From Thermoproteota archaeon (GTDB lineage: Archaea > Korarchaeota > Korarchaeia > Korarchaeales > Korarchaeaceae): a stretch of 64,000 nucleotides of DNA. The DNA lies in assembly GCA_027492205.1 (NCBI GenBank), contig JAOZFN010000009.1, forward strand, positions 1-64,000. The letters run 5' to 3'. Shown here piece after piece: positions 47,655 through 56,894 of this stretch; position 1 is the stretch's first letter, and the number at the start of each line of letters is the position of its first letter. The notes beneath the pieces are model-generated. The model saw only the letters and a list, made by a program, of their open reading frames with translations. It was not told where the DNA came from and ran no database searches. Position numbers and translations under genes: made by a program.

Positions 47655-47745
47655 CCCTGACGTCCCTCAGGATCTCCCTGACCACTGGCGGGTCGAGCTT
47701 TCCGAGCCTCTTGCAGAACCTCGACGTGGGGACGAGCCTCCACAT
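47635..47745 (-). pseudogene. RelE/ParE toxin, 5' part (interrupted by IS607)
   Basis: MWRLVPTSRFCKRLGKLDPPVVREILRDVRESGLERD; GGAGG upstream. Confidence 0.72.
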
Positions 47746-48465
47746 GCCAGACGCGCTCCTCCACGTCGTCTCGTCTTTTAAATAGGGATGTGCTCTTTTC
47801 CACTCTGAGGCCTCCCAAACCTCGCGCGTTACGCGTAACGCCCGGATCGTGGAGCTGGCCAGCCTCCCGACCTCTAAGAGCCGGAGGGTCGCTAAAAACC
47901 GCCTAGGAACAGGGTCCACGAGCGCGAGCTGGGCCGTCTAGGTCTTGCTGGCCCCCTTGTTCCCTATAAAGCCTATGCAGGCGGCTTCCCCTGGCGAGGA
48001 TCTGCTCTGGGTAGCTCAGCCCTCCTCGGGACTATGCTCAACTCTCCTCAGGGCCTTCTCGATCTCGCTCTTAGGCGGGCTGACGCGCGTCCTGACTATG
48101 CCCACGGCCTCCCTGAGGACAACGGGGGCGCGCTCTCTGACGGTCTAGCCATCTCCTCGTTCTCCCTGCGCTCTAAGTACCTCTTCTCTCCCTCGAGCCT
48201 GAGACCTTAGCCAGTCAGCGCGCGAAGGGTTCGCGGATCTCCTCCAATAAGCAAGCATACGACGCAAGCTTATAGGTCTCGGAGAGTGACCCCACGCCGA
48301 TCTCGGCATTAATCTCGATTCTCGTGGTTCTCATGTAGAGTTCGCAGGCGCTTACAATCTCTCTAATGCTCTTTGGGATGGACTCAAACGCCGCTTTATC
48401 GCCAGAGCCCGCTCATCAGCCCAGGGAGCGGGACCTTCCCTAAGAGAGTTTATCGCGCGATGGGA

Positions 48466-49257
48466 CTAGTCAGGAGAGTCGGGAGGCTGCCTGTAATACC
48501 TCAGCCTCTGTAGGTGGTAGTCCCTGATAACCTGCCTGGCCGCCTCCGTAAGGTTGGGCTCTCCAGTGCTGGAGAATGTGAGGTTCCTCCTCCTAGCGAT
48601 CTCGGTCAAGACCTCCACAGGGTCTCCCTCCTCAACCCCGTAGACCCTGGACACCTCCCCGGGCAGCCTCCTCATGACGTCCCCCAGGAGGGCTGCGGCG
48701 GCCTCGACTGGATTCTCGAGGGCCTCCGGCTTGGCGCCCCTGAGGACCATCTCCAGGGGTGCTCCCTCGGGGGGGAGTATCCCGGGGGAGTCCACGAGAT
48801 AGAGGCCGCCTTCAACCCTGAACAGCTGGAAGTGCCTCGTGTATCCCGAGCTTCCGGGAACGGCGCTGACGCTGGCCGAGCGCCTTCCCTTTAGAACGTT
48901 GATTATGGAGCTCTTTCCGACCTTTGGAAAGCCGACCACCAGTATCCTTGAGGGCCTCTCGGTCGCGATCCTCCTCAGCTCCCTTCTCAGCCTCAGCGTG
49001 CCCAGCCTCTTTGTGGCGCTCGTGGTAAGGACGCTGAGGCCCTCGGCCCTGAACGCATTCACCCACCCCCAGAGTACTTCTTCCGGCACGAGGTCCGACT
49101 TGTTTACCACGACCAAGAGCCTCCTGCCTGCGTCGGAGACAAGCTCCTCAAGTCTTCCGTGTCTGGTCACGTCCGGCGCCCTCGCGTCCGTCACCTCAAT
49201 CACTATGTGGACGTCGCCCAGCATTCTCCTGATGTCCCTCAGCGTGGCGACCCTCAT
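48466..49257 (-). CDS. Circularly permuted GTPase (YlqF/RbgA family)
   Basis: DAR, NKSD before GFPKVGKSS, then DSPG. Confidence 0.9.
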   Translation of the reverse strand: MRVATLRDIRRMLGDVHIVIEVTDARAPDVTRHGRLEELVSDAGRRLLVVVNKSDLVPEEVLWGWVNAFRAEGLSVLTTSATKRLGTLRLRRELRRIATERPSRILVVGFPKVGKSSIINVLKGRRSASVSAVPGSSGYTRHFQLFRVEGGLYLVDSPGILPPEGAPLEMVLRGAKPEALENPVEAAAALLGDVMRRLPGEVSRVYGVEEGDPVEVLTEIARRRNLTFSSTGEPNLTEAARQVIRDYHLQRLRYYRQPPDSPD

Positions 49258-49438
49258 CCGGCATCACGTTCCCCTCGTCCCCACCGTTCAGGCGGCTCTG
49301 GCGTTCCGATCGTTTGAGGAACCTTCTCCAAACCAAAAAAGTGAAGTGCCCGCCGGTTAAAGCGGCGGGAGAGGAAACGGTTGGATCACCCCTTGGGGAT
49401 CGTTGCCAACAGTCGCCGGAGACCTGACGCCGCGCTCT

Positions 49439-49633
49439 CTAAGAGCCGTCGCAGTTCGCCGAAGATCCACAGCGCGAGGAGAGCACCTTCTCCAGAATTC
49501 TCTCTAAGGTTCCGAAGAATCGCGGCGGTGCTAGTTTGACCCCTGAGACGTGCCCTGCGGAGTCCTTTGCCATCAGGGTAATAGAATGCCTCCCCTTGGT
49601 CAGGTTAACAGTCACGACGCTCCCGTTGCCCAC
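49439..49633 (-). pseudogene. Fragment of a PKD/Ig-like domain
   Basis: GNGSVVTVNLTKGRHSITLMAKDSAG pattern, without the rest of a protein. Confidence 0.45.
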
Positions 49634-49683
49634 TGCGGCGGTACGGTCTTAAGCAGGTCAGTGATGCGGCCCCTTCGATGTAG

Positions 49684-50298
49684 ATGGTGAGCTTTCCCTC
49701 GAGTCTGGATGAGATAGGGAGGCTGATCGCATCGTGCACGCTATGCGACCTACACATGTTTAGGAAGAACCCCGTGCCGGGGGAAGGCAGTCCCGACGCG
49801 GACCTGATGCTGATAGGGGAGGCCCCCGGGCGGACGGAGGATGAGACGGGCAGGCCGTTCGTGGGGTCGGCCGGAAAGATCCTCGATGAGGCCCTGGCCA
49901 AGGCCGGCCTCTCCAGAGAGGTCGTCTACATCACGAACGTGGTGAAGTGCCGTCCCCCCAACAACAGGGACCCGAGGCCGGAGGAGGTGCGGGCCTGCTC
50001 CCCCTACCTTGAGGCGCAGGTGAGGATTATATCCCCCAGGGTGATCCTGACGCTGGGGAGGCACAGCACGGGCCTCGTGTTCTCCTGGGCGGGCCTGCCC
50101 TTCAGGTCCATCATGGCGGTCAGGGGGAGAGCCCGTCGAGTGGAGGTGCTGGGTCTCCGGGTGACGGTGGTTCCCACCGTCCACCCGGCCGCATGCCTCT
50201 ACAACCCAAAGCTGAGACCCCTCCTCGAGGAGGACGTGAAGCTGGCCTCCCGGTTGTCGCGGGGAATGGGACTTGAGGGATCGCTTGAGCTGGAGTGA
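49684..50298 (+). CDS. udg: Family-4 uracil-DNA glycosylase
   Basis: CxxC, GEAPG, PFVG, VKCRPPNNR, HPAA. Confidence 0.94.
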   Translation: MVSFPSSLDEIGRLIASCTLCDLHMFRKNPVPGEGSPDADLMLIGEAPGRTEDETGRPFVGSAGKILDEALAKAGLSREVVYITNVVKCRPPNNRDPRPEEVRACSPYLEAQVRIISPRVILTLGRHSTGLVFSWAGLPFRSIMAVRGRARRVEVLGLRVTVVPTVHPAACLYNPKLRPLLEEDVKLASRLSRGMGLEGSLELE

Positions 50299-51688
50299 GC
50301 TGTACACGCTGATGGAGCGCGTCGAGGGCACCTACCGGTCCCTCGACATCAGGCTGCTCGCCTCTAGGCGCGGGTCTCTCCTTGAGCTCGTGACGGGCAG
50401 GGTGCTCCCCCTCCCCACCAGGAGGGCGAGGAAGAGGGAGAAGGTCCGGTTAGGGGGCTCCCTCGTCCTCGTCAGGGAGGTGACCGAACCCGACACTCTC
50501 GAGGGTCTCATGGAATCCGCCTCCTCCGGACAGGTGAGCGTGGCGGGCGCGAGGGTGAACCTCAGGCCCATAGAGGCGACCGTGTCTGAGAGGCCCCCGT
50601 GGCTGCAGGCCGTTGTGTGGGCGTTTCCATTCCCACTGGTGGTGGGGGAGCTGGCCAACTCGACGAGACCCCCAAACGAGATCGGGCCTGTGGTCCTGGA
50701 CGGTAGGGCCTACGAGGACCTCGACGCCCTAGTGAGGCAGGAGGTCATAATCCCGGAGGGGGTCGCGGCGTGGCGGCCCGGTCGCGGGTACCTCAGGTTC
50801 CTGCTCCCCATCTACGCCGGGATCACCGACGTCAAGCTCTCTGGGAGGGACGCGATAGTGACGGTGATACACCACGAGGACCTCTCTGGCAGGATATCGC
50901 TTCTCCCTGCAGTGAGGGGCGAAAGTCCGGGTGATTGCGGGGGAGCGGGGCTGAAGGAGGTTGCCAAGGCCGGTTCGCTGGTGAGGTCGAGGGCGCGCCT
51001 GCGCCTCTCTGGGTCGGTTGGTGGGTCGGCCGTGCTCACCCTTGACGGGGCGCCGGTGGACGAGGTCCCACTGGTACCTCGGAGAATACTCACCGGGGCC
51101 AGGATGGCCGTCTACAGCCACTTCGATCGCGGGCTCAGGAGGCTGAGGACCTGGCTGAGGCAGACTGACAGGATGGACGGCAGGAACTTTGAGTTTGCCG
51201 TGTTCTCCCTGCTCTACGTCCTTGGATTCGATCCCGTCTGGCTGGGGTACATGCCGTCCGACTCCCCAGACGTCGTGGCCGTCTCAGGAGACAGGGCCAT
51301 TCTGGTGGAGTGCACGGTGGCCCCGCCCAAGCCGGAGAAGGTGGCCATACTCGGCTCGAGGGCTGAAGATCTGGCCTACGCCACCGGCCTAAAGGTGGTG
51401 CCGGTCCTCTTCTTCGTGGGGAGAAGGAGCGAGCTGGATTCCGAGGTGATCGAGGAGGCCGAAGCCTCTGGGGTCCTGCTGGCGGACTCCCCCGTCATGG
51501 AGACGCTCCTGAAGGTGGCCTCCACTGGAGGGGGCGTGGAGAGGGCTCTGGAGGTCCTGCGACTGGGACTGGACTCTTATCCGACCTACAGGGCTTCAAA
51601 GCGGGAGATAGCCTGGGAGTGGCTCAGGGACGACGTGATGCCCGAGGTCCGAATTCTTCTCAGGGGACCTAGCCGCCGCCAAGCATGA
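50273..51688 (+). CDS. Hypothetical protein with a C-terminal PD-(D/E)XK-like nuclease domain
   Basis: FEFAVFSLLYVLGF..PDVVA..ILVECT. Confidence 0.6.
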   Translation: MRDRLSWSELYTLMERVEGTYRSLDIRLLASRRGSLLELVTGRVLPLPTRRARKREKVRLGGSLVLVREVTEPDTLEGLMESASSGQVSVAGARVNLRPIEATVSERPPWLQAVVWAFPFPLVVGELANSTRPPNEIGPVVLDGRAYEDLDALVRQEVIIPEGVAAWRPGRGYLRFLLPIYAGITDVKLSGRDAIVTVIHHEDLSGRISLLPAVRGESPGDCGGAGLKEVAKAGSLVRSRARLRLSGSVGGSAVLTLDGAPVDEVPLVPRRILTGARMAVYSHFDRGLRRLRTWLRQTDRMDGRNFEFAVFSLLYVLGFDPVWLGYMPSDSPDVVAVSGDRAILVECTVAPPKPEKVAILGSRAEDLAYATGLKVVPVLFFVGRRSELDSEVIEEAEASGVLLADSPVMETLLKVASTGGGVERALEVLRLGLDSYPTYRASKREIAWEWLRDDVMPEVRILLRGPSRRQA

Positions 51689-51974
51689 GGGATCCCCGAA
51701 GCACCTCCAGCGCTTCCGAGTCCCCCTCTGCGAGCACCTCTGTCCTCTCCATCACTATGGATCCGATCCTCCTCTCTCCGAGCGCCCTCAACCTCACCTC
51801 CACTCCTGGGCCCTCGATACTCACCTCGACGTCGAGGCCCGCTTCTAGGAGCTTGGAGACAACCCTCTTAACCGCCTCAGCCAGCGGCAGGGAGTACTCT
51901 CCGGAGAGGCGAGCCAGCTCCCTCAAGCTAGACACCCCCAGACAGTGAGGATATGCCTGAGACTGACCGCTCAC
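51669..51974 (-). CDS. Hypothetical protein
   Basis: ORF overlapping the archaemetzincin stop; true start probably slightly downstream. Confidence 0.5.
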   Translation of the reverse strand: MSGQSQAYPHCLGVSSLRELARLSGEYSLPLAEAVKRVVSKLLEAGLDVEVSIEGPGVEVRLRALGERRIGSIVMERTEVLAEGDSEALEVLRGSLMLGGG

Positions 51975-52506
51975 ACTTGGTGCAGAGCCGCCAACCCTTT
52001 CGGTCCACGTCGGAGATCGAGTTGCTGAAGCTCATGACGCACCTCGGGTCGTCGCAGTGGCCCAGACCCAGGGTGTGACCGAGTTCGTGAACGGCCTCCT
52101 TAAGGGCCCTCACCGCGAGGAGCCTGGAGTCCGCCCCCGCCGCGAGCCGATCCAAGTAGATTACGGCGTAGGTTCCCCCAACCTCAGCCTGTCCGAAGAC
52201 GAAGTTTAGGGACTCCTCGTAGGCGTCAGCCGCCATGACGCCAAGGGCCTTCCCGAAGGGCTCTCCCACCATGGACCTCCTCCTGAGGAAGTCAAGGATC
52301 AGGCTCGATCTGAACTGACCCCTGAGGGAATCGTACGCGGACTTGGGGGCCACCAAGGAAGGTCCGAGCGAGACTGACGTGAAGTCGAGCGCCCTGGGGA
52401 TGTTCTTCAGTAGGAACTCTAAGAGCCAAGACGGCGGGGCCAGTCTGGTCAGTGGGTCCACGAGGGGGTGGAGCGTGATGTGGACGGGCTTCGACCGACT
52501 CCGCAC
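51928..52506 (-). CDS. Archaemetzincin Zn metalloprotease
   Basis: LNFVFGQA, KEAVHELGHTLGLGHC..CVMSFS..C..C. Confidence 0.93.
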   Translation of the reverse strand: MRSRSKPVHITLHPLVDPLTRLAPPSWLLEFLLKNIPRALDFTSVSLGPSLVAPKSAYDSLRGQFRSSLILDFLRRRSMVGEPFGKALGVMAADAYEESLNFVFGQAEVGGTYAVIYLDRLAAGADSRLLAVRALKEAVHELGHTLGLGHCDDPRCVMSFSNSISDVDRKGWRLCTKCERSVSGISSLSGGV

Positions 52507-52559
52507 CTGACCCCCGAATCCGGGGCCCGTTTAAATTTCGGCTTGTTGGGTTAGCCTGG

Positions 52560-53141
52560 ATGAAGAGGCTGATAGAGGCCATAGGGGCTCTGAAGTCGCT
52601 CGTTAGGACTGGTTGGTCTCAGTCCTCGGTTCCACCATCAGCGGGAGAGACGGTCGCGGCGCACTCTTTCGAAGCATCGATCATAGCCCTGGTCCTCGCG
52701 TCGCAGGCCAAAGAGCGCGGAATCTCGATTAGCCCCGACAGATCCGCGGCGATGGCCGCGGTCCACGATCTACCGGAGGCGGTTACCGGAGACCTGCCTC
52801 CCTGGAGCAAGGATCGGTGCGGGTCGATGGACGCAGAGGCAGCGTCAGTCTTGAGGGTTCAGGGCGAGCTGCTCCGGCTCGTTGAGGAGTTCAACTCCGG
52901 GGGGAGTCCAGAGGCGCTGGTCGCCCGGGTCGCGGATCTACTTGCCACCGCCGTCCAGGGAGCCAGATACGCCTCAATGGGATTTCGCAGGGCGGGAGAG
53001 GTCGGCGCAGCCTGCCTAGAGGAGGCCCTCGAACTGGCGAAGGGACGCGAGTGGCTCGCGGGGCTGGTATCCGAGAACTTCGAGTGGCTCGCGGAGGAGC
53101 TTCGCGGGTATGGTATTCCATCGGGGGGCTGGTTCGACTGA
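52560..53141 (+). CDS. HD-domain hydrolase (YfbR/5'-deoxynucleotidase-like)
   Basis: RTGW, ETVAAHS, HDLPEAVTGD, AD. Confidence 0.88.
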   Translation: MKRLIEAIGALKSLVRTGWSQSSVPPSAGETVAAHSFEASIIALVLASQAKERGISISPDRSAAMAAVHDLPEAVTGDLPPWSKDRCGSMDAEAASVLRVQGELLRLVEEFNSGGSPEALVARVADLLATAVQGARYASMGFRRAGEVGAACLEEALELAKGREWLAGLVSENFEWLAEELRGYGIPSGGWFD

Positions 53142-53863
53142 GCGGCGACGAGAAGGCAGCGCTGAGGGAGTGGATTTGGAGGATGCTTGAAGAGAGGGGT
53201 GTTGCCAGGTTCCCAAGGCCCATTAGGGGTAGGATACCCAACTTCGAGGGCGCGGAGAGGGCTGCCGAGAACCTGAGAAGTCTCCCGGAGTATCGAGAGG
53301 CTAGGGTGATCTTCTGCAACCCCGACTCACCCCAGGCTCCGGTCAGAAGGATGGCGCTGGCCGACGGGAAGGTCGTGGTCATGGCCACCCCGAGGCTGAG
53401 GAGGGGGTTTCTAGTCCTCGATCCGAGGGAGATTCCCCCGAGCGAACTTCGAAGGGCAGCGACCATCAGGGGGGCGTTCCGCTACGGCCGGCCCGTCGAT
53501 CCCTGGAGCGTCAGCGTCGACGTGAAGGTTGTCGGGTCCGTGGCCGTCAGCCCCGACGGGAGCAGGCTCGGTAAGGGGCACGGGTACTCCGACCTGGAGT
53601 TCGCCATCCTGAGCGAGGTGGGCGCGGTCACACAGGACACGCTGGTGGTGACGACGGTCCACGACCTCCAAGTGGTTGATCGGGTCCCCTCCTCCGACCA
53701 CGATGTCCCGGTGGACGTGATAGTGACCCCCACTAGGGTCATCAGGGCCCCGAAGAGAGAGAAGCCTTCCCGCATTGAGTGGGAACTCCTGTCGGAAGGG
53801 GCCGTGAGGGAAATGCCGATACTCAGAGATGTCAGGGAGAAGAGGGGCGCCAGAAGCCCTTAG
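53138..53863 (+). CDS. 5-formyltetrahydrofolate cyclo-ligase family (MTHFSD-like; probable CTG start)
   Basis: GRIPNFEGA, NPDSPQ, TPRLR, GSRLGKGHGYSDLE, HDVPVD. Confidence 0.88.
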   Translation: MSGDEKAALREWIWRMLEERGVARFPRPIRGRIPNFEGAERAAENLRSLPEYREARVIFCNPDSPQAPVRRMALADGKVVVMATPRLRRGFLVLDPREIPPSELRRAATIRGAFRYGRPVDPWSVSVDVKVVGSVAVSPDGSRLGKGHGYSDLEFAILSEVGAVTQDTLVVTTVHDLQVVDRVPSSDHDVPVDVIVTPTRVIRAPKREKPSRIEWELLSEGAVREMPILRDVREKRGARSP

Positions 53864-53967
53864 GCGAGCGCAGCACTCCGCCCGGCTCGGGGAGGCGGTG
53901 TCAAGCGGGCCGTCTTTGAGTCAAGCTTATTATTCTCTGCCCGAGGGGGGAGAGCCAGAAAGTGGTC

Positions 53968-54297
53968 ATGGAAGAGAGTATAGAAGGGGAGAGGCTCAGA
54001 GATCCTATCACCGGACTCCCGATTGATCTTCTTGCCTGGGAGGAGATTGAGAAGGAGCAGCAGATCGTCAGAATCAAGGCGGAGCGCAGGAGGCACAAGC
54101 ACGTCACCATAATCGAGGGGCTCGACCTTCCCAAGGACATGATGAAGCGCCTTCTCAAGGACCTCAAGAGCAAGCTCGCCTGCGGCGGGACCTACAAGGA
54201 GGGTTACATACTCCTCCAGGGCGATCACAGGAGGAAGGTAAAGGACATACTCGTGAACGAGTGGGGGATCGAGGAGGACAAGATAGAGCTTGAGTGA
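53968..54297 (+). CDS. Translation initiation factor aIF1 (SUI1)
   Basis: VTIIEG, LKSKLACGGT, LQGDHR. Confidence 0.93.
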   Translation: MEESIEGERLRDPITGLPIDLLAWEEIEKEQQIVRIKAERRRHKHVTIIEGLDLPKDMMKRLLKDLKSKLACGGTYKEGYILLQGDHRRKVKDILVNEWGIEEDKIELE

Positions 54298-54353
54298 TCC
54301 GACAGCGGGGCAGGAATAAAACGGATCCCGGGGGCTGGCCCTGGGGTGATGTC

Positions 54354-55064
54354 ATGAGATACAAGATAATTGGGGATAACCTTCAGATGGTTCTGGTGGA
54401 GTTGGAGCCCGGCGAGAAGATCTACGCCGAGGCGGGCGCCCTTAACCACATGTCGGGGAACGTTCGGCTGAAGGCCACGGTCAGGGGAGGCTTCATCCAG
54501 GGGATAATGAGGAAGATAGCGGGGGAGAGCTTCTTTCTCACCGAGTTCACGGCCGAGGGAAGCCCTGGGGTAGTCGCCTTCTCCGGCACGGTGCCGGGCA
54601 AGATAACGGCCCTGAAGCTGGACGGGACCACTGAGTACTACGTTCAGAGGGGTGGGTTCTTGGCCGCCACCGACAGCGTCACGGTCAAGCCGGGAATCGC
54701 GAGGCGGCTCGGGGCGGCGCTCTTTGGAGGTGAGGGCCTCATAATGGAGAAAGTCAGCGGGGTCGGCACCGTCTTCGTGCACGCAGCCGGAGACTTCCTC
54801 GAGTACGACCTCAAGCCCGGGCAGGTGCTGAAGGTCGACACTGGGCAGCTGGTGGCCTTCGACGCTAGCGTGGACTACGACATCGAGAGGGTCGGCGGGA
54901 TAAGATCGATCCTGTTCGCTGGAGAGGGGCTGTTCCTGGCGACGCTGAGGGGCCCGGGGAGGGTCATCCTCCAGTCCATGAACATCCATGCGCTGGCCGC
55001 GGAGCTCGCGAGGTACATCCCAAGAGGGGGGAGCAGCGGATTCCAGCTGACCTTCGGAGACTGA
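54354..55064 (+). CDS. AIM24/TIGR00266 family protein
   Basis: AEAGAL, GESFF, FGGEGL, VDTG, GPGRVILQS. Confidence 0.9.
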   Translation: MRYKIIGDNLQMVLVELEPGEKIYAEAGALNHMSGNVRLKATVRGGFIQGIMRKIAGESFFLTEFTAEGSPGVVAFSGTVPGKITALKLDGTTEYYVQRGGFLAATDSVTVKPGIARRLGAALFGGEGLIMEKVSGVGTVFVHAAGDFLEYDLKPGQVLKVDTGQLVAFDASVDYDIERVGGIRSILFAGEGLFLATLRGPGRVILQSMNIHALAAELARYIPRGGSSGFQLTFGD

Positions 55065-55104
55065 CCACATGCGGGCACCCAGCTCGAGGGAGGGGCGCTC
55101 AGAC

Positions 55105-55395
55105 GTGAGGGCCAGGGACATGCTGGCGATCCTGGCCCTCGCCGCCCTCCTGCTGGTCCTGTCGGCGGTCATCCTCCTGTCGATATTGAAGTACCTCCCC
55201 CTGCTGAGCGCGGTCGTCCTCACTCTAATCGCCCTGTCGATAATCGTGTGGTTCGTATGGGGAACGCTCGCGGCCTCCGTGAAGATAATCGCCAGCCTGT
55301 ATTACGCGCTCCGTTCAAAGAGGGAAGGGGAGGTAGTGCGGCCTGTCAGGCTGGAGGAGGCCCGAGAGCCGGACAGGGGAGAGGGGGAGGACTAA
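55105..55395 (+). CDS. Small membrane protein
   Basis: Two long hydrophobic segments. Confidence 0.6.
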   Translation: MRARDMLAILALAALLLVLSAVILLSILKYLPLLSAVVLTLIALSIIVWFVWGTLAASVKIIASLYYALRSKREGEVVRPVRLEEAREPDRGEGED

Positions 55396-55401
55396 GACTC
55401 C

Positions 55402-56853
55402 TCACGGAGCCCCAATCCTCTTCAAAGCCTCCCCGTACTTGATTAAGCCCACCATCGCCCTCGCGGCCCTCTCCGGGGTCGGGTAGGCCGGTATTCCAAG
55501 CTCGTCGAACCTCTCCCTGTAGGCGATTCCGTACTCTCCCTGCCCGATGTCGGCCACCAGGACGGGCTTGTCCCGCCTCTCCCTCACCTCGGCCGCGATC
55601 CTGTCTGGGAGGTCGGAGGTGAGGCCCGGCACGTGGTGAAGCGGGAGCACTATCACCCCGTCGACCTCGGGGGCGTCCAGGAGGATCCGGAGCGACTCCA
55701 CGAACGCGTCGTCCGTGGCGCTCCCCGTGACGTCCACCGGGTTGGCTACGGCCGAGATGGGGGGGATCACGCCCCTGTCCATCAGCTCCCTTAGCCTGGA
55801 CTGCGTCTCCTCGGAGAGCTGGACGACCACGGCCCCCCTGCTCTCGAGCTCGTCGGCCGTCATGACCCCAGCCCCGCCTCCGTCCGTTAGGACGGCGATC
55901 CTGGGCCCCTTGGCCGGAGGCTGCATGGAGAGGGCCTTGGTGACGTCGAAGAGTTCCTCCACTTCGTAGACCCTCACGACGCCAGCCTGCCTGAGGGCGG
56001 CGGAGTAAACCTCGTCAGCCCCCGCCAGCGCGGCTGTGTGCGAGCTCGCCGCCCTGGCGCCCGCCCCGGTCCTGCCAGCCTTGAGCACCACGACCGGCTT
56101 CTTCGGGACGGTTCTCCTGGCGGCCTCGATGAACCTCCTCCCCTCCTCGATCGACTCGGCGTATATCACGATCACCCTGGTTTTGGGGTCGTCGGCCAGG
56201 TACTCCATGAGCTCCACCTCGTCTATGTCCGCCTTGTTGCCGTAGCTTACGAACTTCGCCAGCCCCAGACCCTCGCCAGCCATGTAGTCCACGCAGGCCA
56301 CGCCAAACGCGCCGGACTGGGTGAGGAGGGATATGTTACCAGGCCCGGGCCTCGGGAGGGACAGGAGGTCCCTGCCACCCAGTTCTTTCTTGTAGGGAAG
56401 GAACATGGTGTCCACTCCCGTCTCTGGGCACACTATTCCCACGCAGTTCGGGCCCACCACGCGTATTCCGTGTTTCTTCGCCACCTCAACGAGTTTCTCC
56501 TGAAGCTCGACGCCTTCCCCTCCCACCTCGGCGAACCCACCTGAGATGACGATCACGTGCTTGATCCCCTTCCTGCCGCACTCGTCCACCACGGCCGGAA
56601 CTATCCTCGCCGGGACAACGATCACACCGAGGTCCACCGGCTCCGGCAGGTCGGTGACGCTCGGATAGGTGGGCACGCCCAAGATTGGTTCCTTCGCCTT
56701 GGGGTTCACTGCGTAGAGCCCGCCCTTGTAGAGGCCGCTCCTCTGGTTTTCGACCATAACCCTGAGGAGCTCGTGCCCCACCGAGCCCGGCTCCCGGGAG
56801 GCGCCTATCACGGCAACCGATTCCGGGTAGAAGAAGGGGTCCAGGTGCCCCAC
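55402..56853 (-). CDS. acdA: ADP-forming acyl-CoA synthetase, alpha subunit
   Basis: VAVIGAS, GFAE, GPNCVG, QSGA, SYGNKAD, AASSHT phospho-His motif, GGAGVM, NPVD. Confidence 0.9.
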   Translation of the reverse strand: MGHLDPFFYPESVAVIGASREPGSVGHELLRVMVENQRSGLYKGGLYAVNPKAKEPILGVPTYPSVTDLPEPVDLGVIVVPARIVPAVVDECGRKGIKHVIVISGGFAEVGGEGVELQEKLVEVAKKHGIRVVGPNCVGIVCPETGVDTMFLPYKKELGGRDLLSLPRPGPGNISLLTQSGAFGVACVDYMAGEGLGLAKFVSYGNKADIDEVELMEYLADDPKTRVIVIYAESIEEGRRFIEAARRTVPKKPVVVLKAGRTGAGARAASSHTAALAGADEVYSAALRQAGVVRVYEVEELFDVTKALSMQPPAKGPRIAVLTDGGGAGVMTADELESRGAVVVQLSEETQSRLRELMDRGVIPPISAVANPVDVTGSATDDAFVESLRILLDAPEVDGVIVLPLHHVPGLTSDLPDRIAAEVRERRDKPVLVADIGQGEYGIAYRERFDELGIPAYPTPERAARAMVGLIKYGEALKRIGAP

Positions 56854-56894
56854 GGTTATCCCGCGCGGCCGGCCGCGCATTCCGTTAAAAATCG

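Noticed and set aside
53968-54060. aIF1 lacking N-terminal zinc cysteines
   Set aside because: Cys-less N-termini are ordinary variation among archaeal SUI1 proteins
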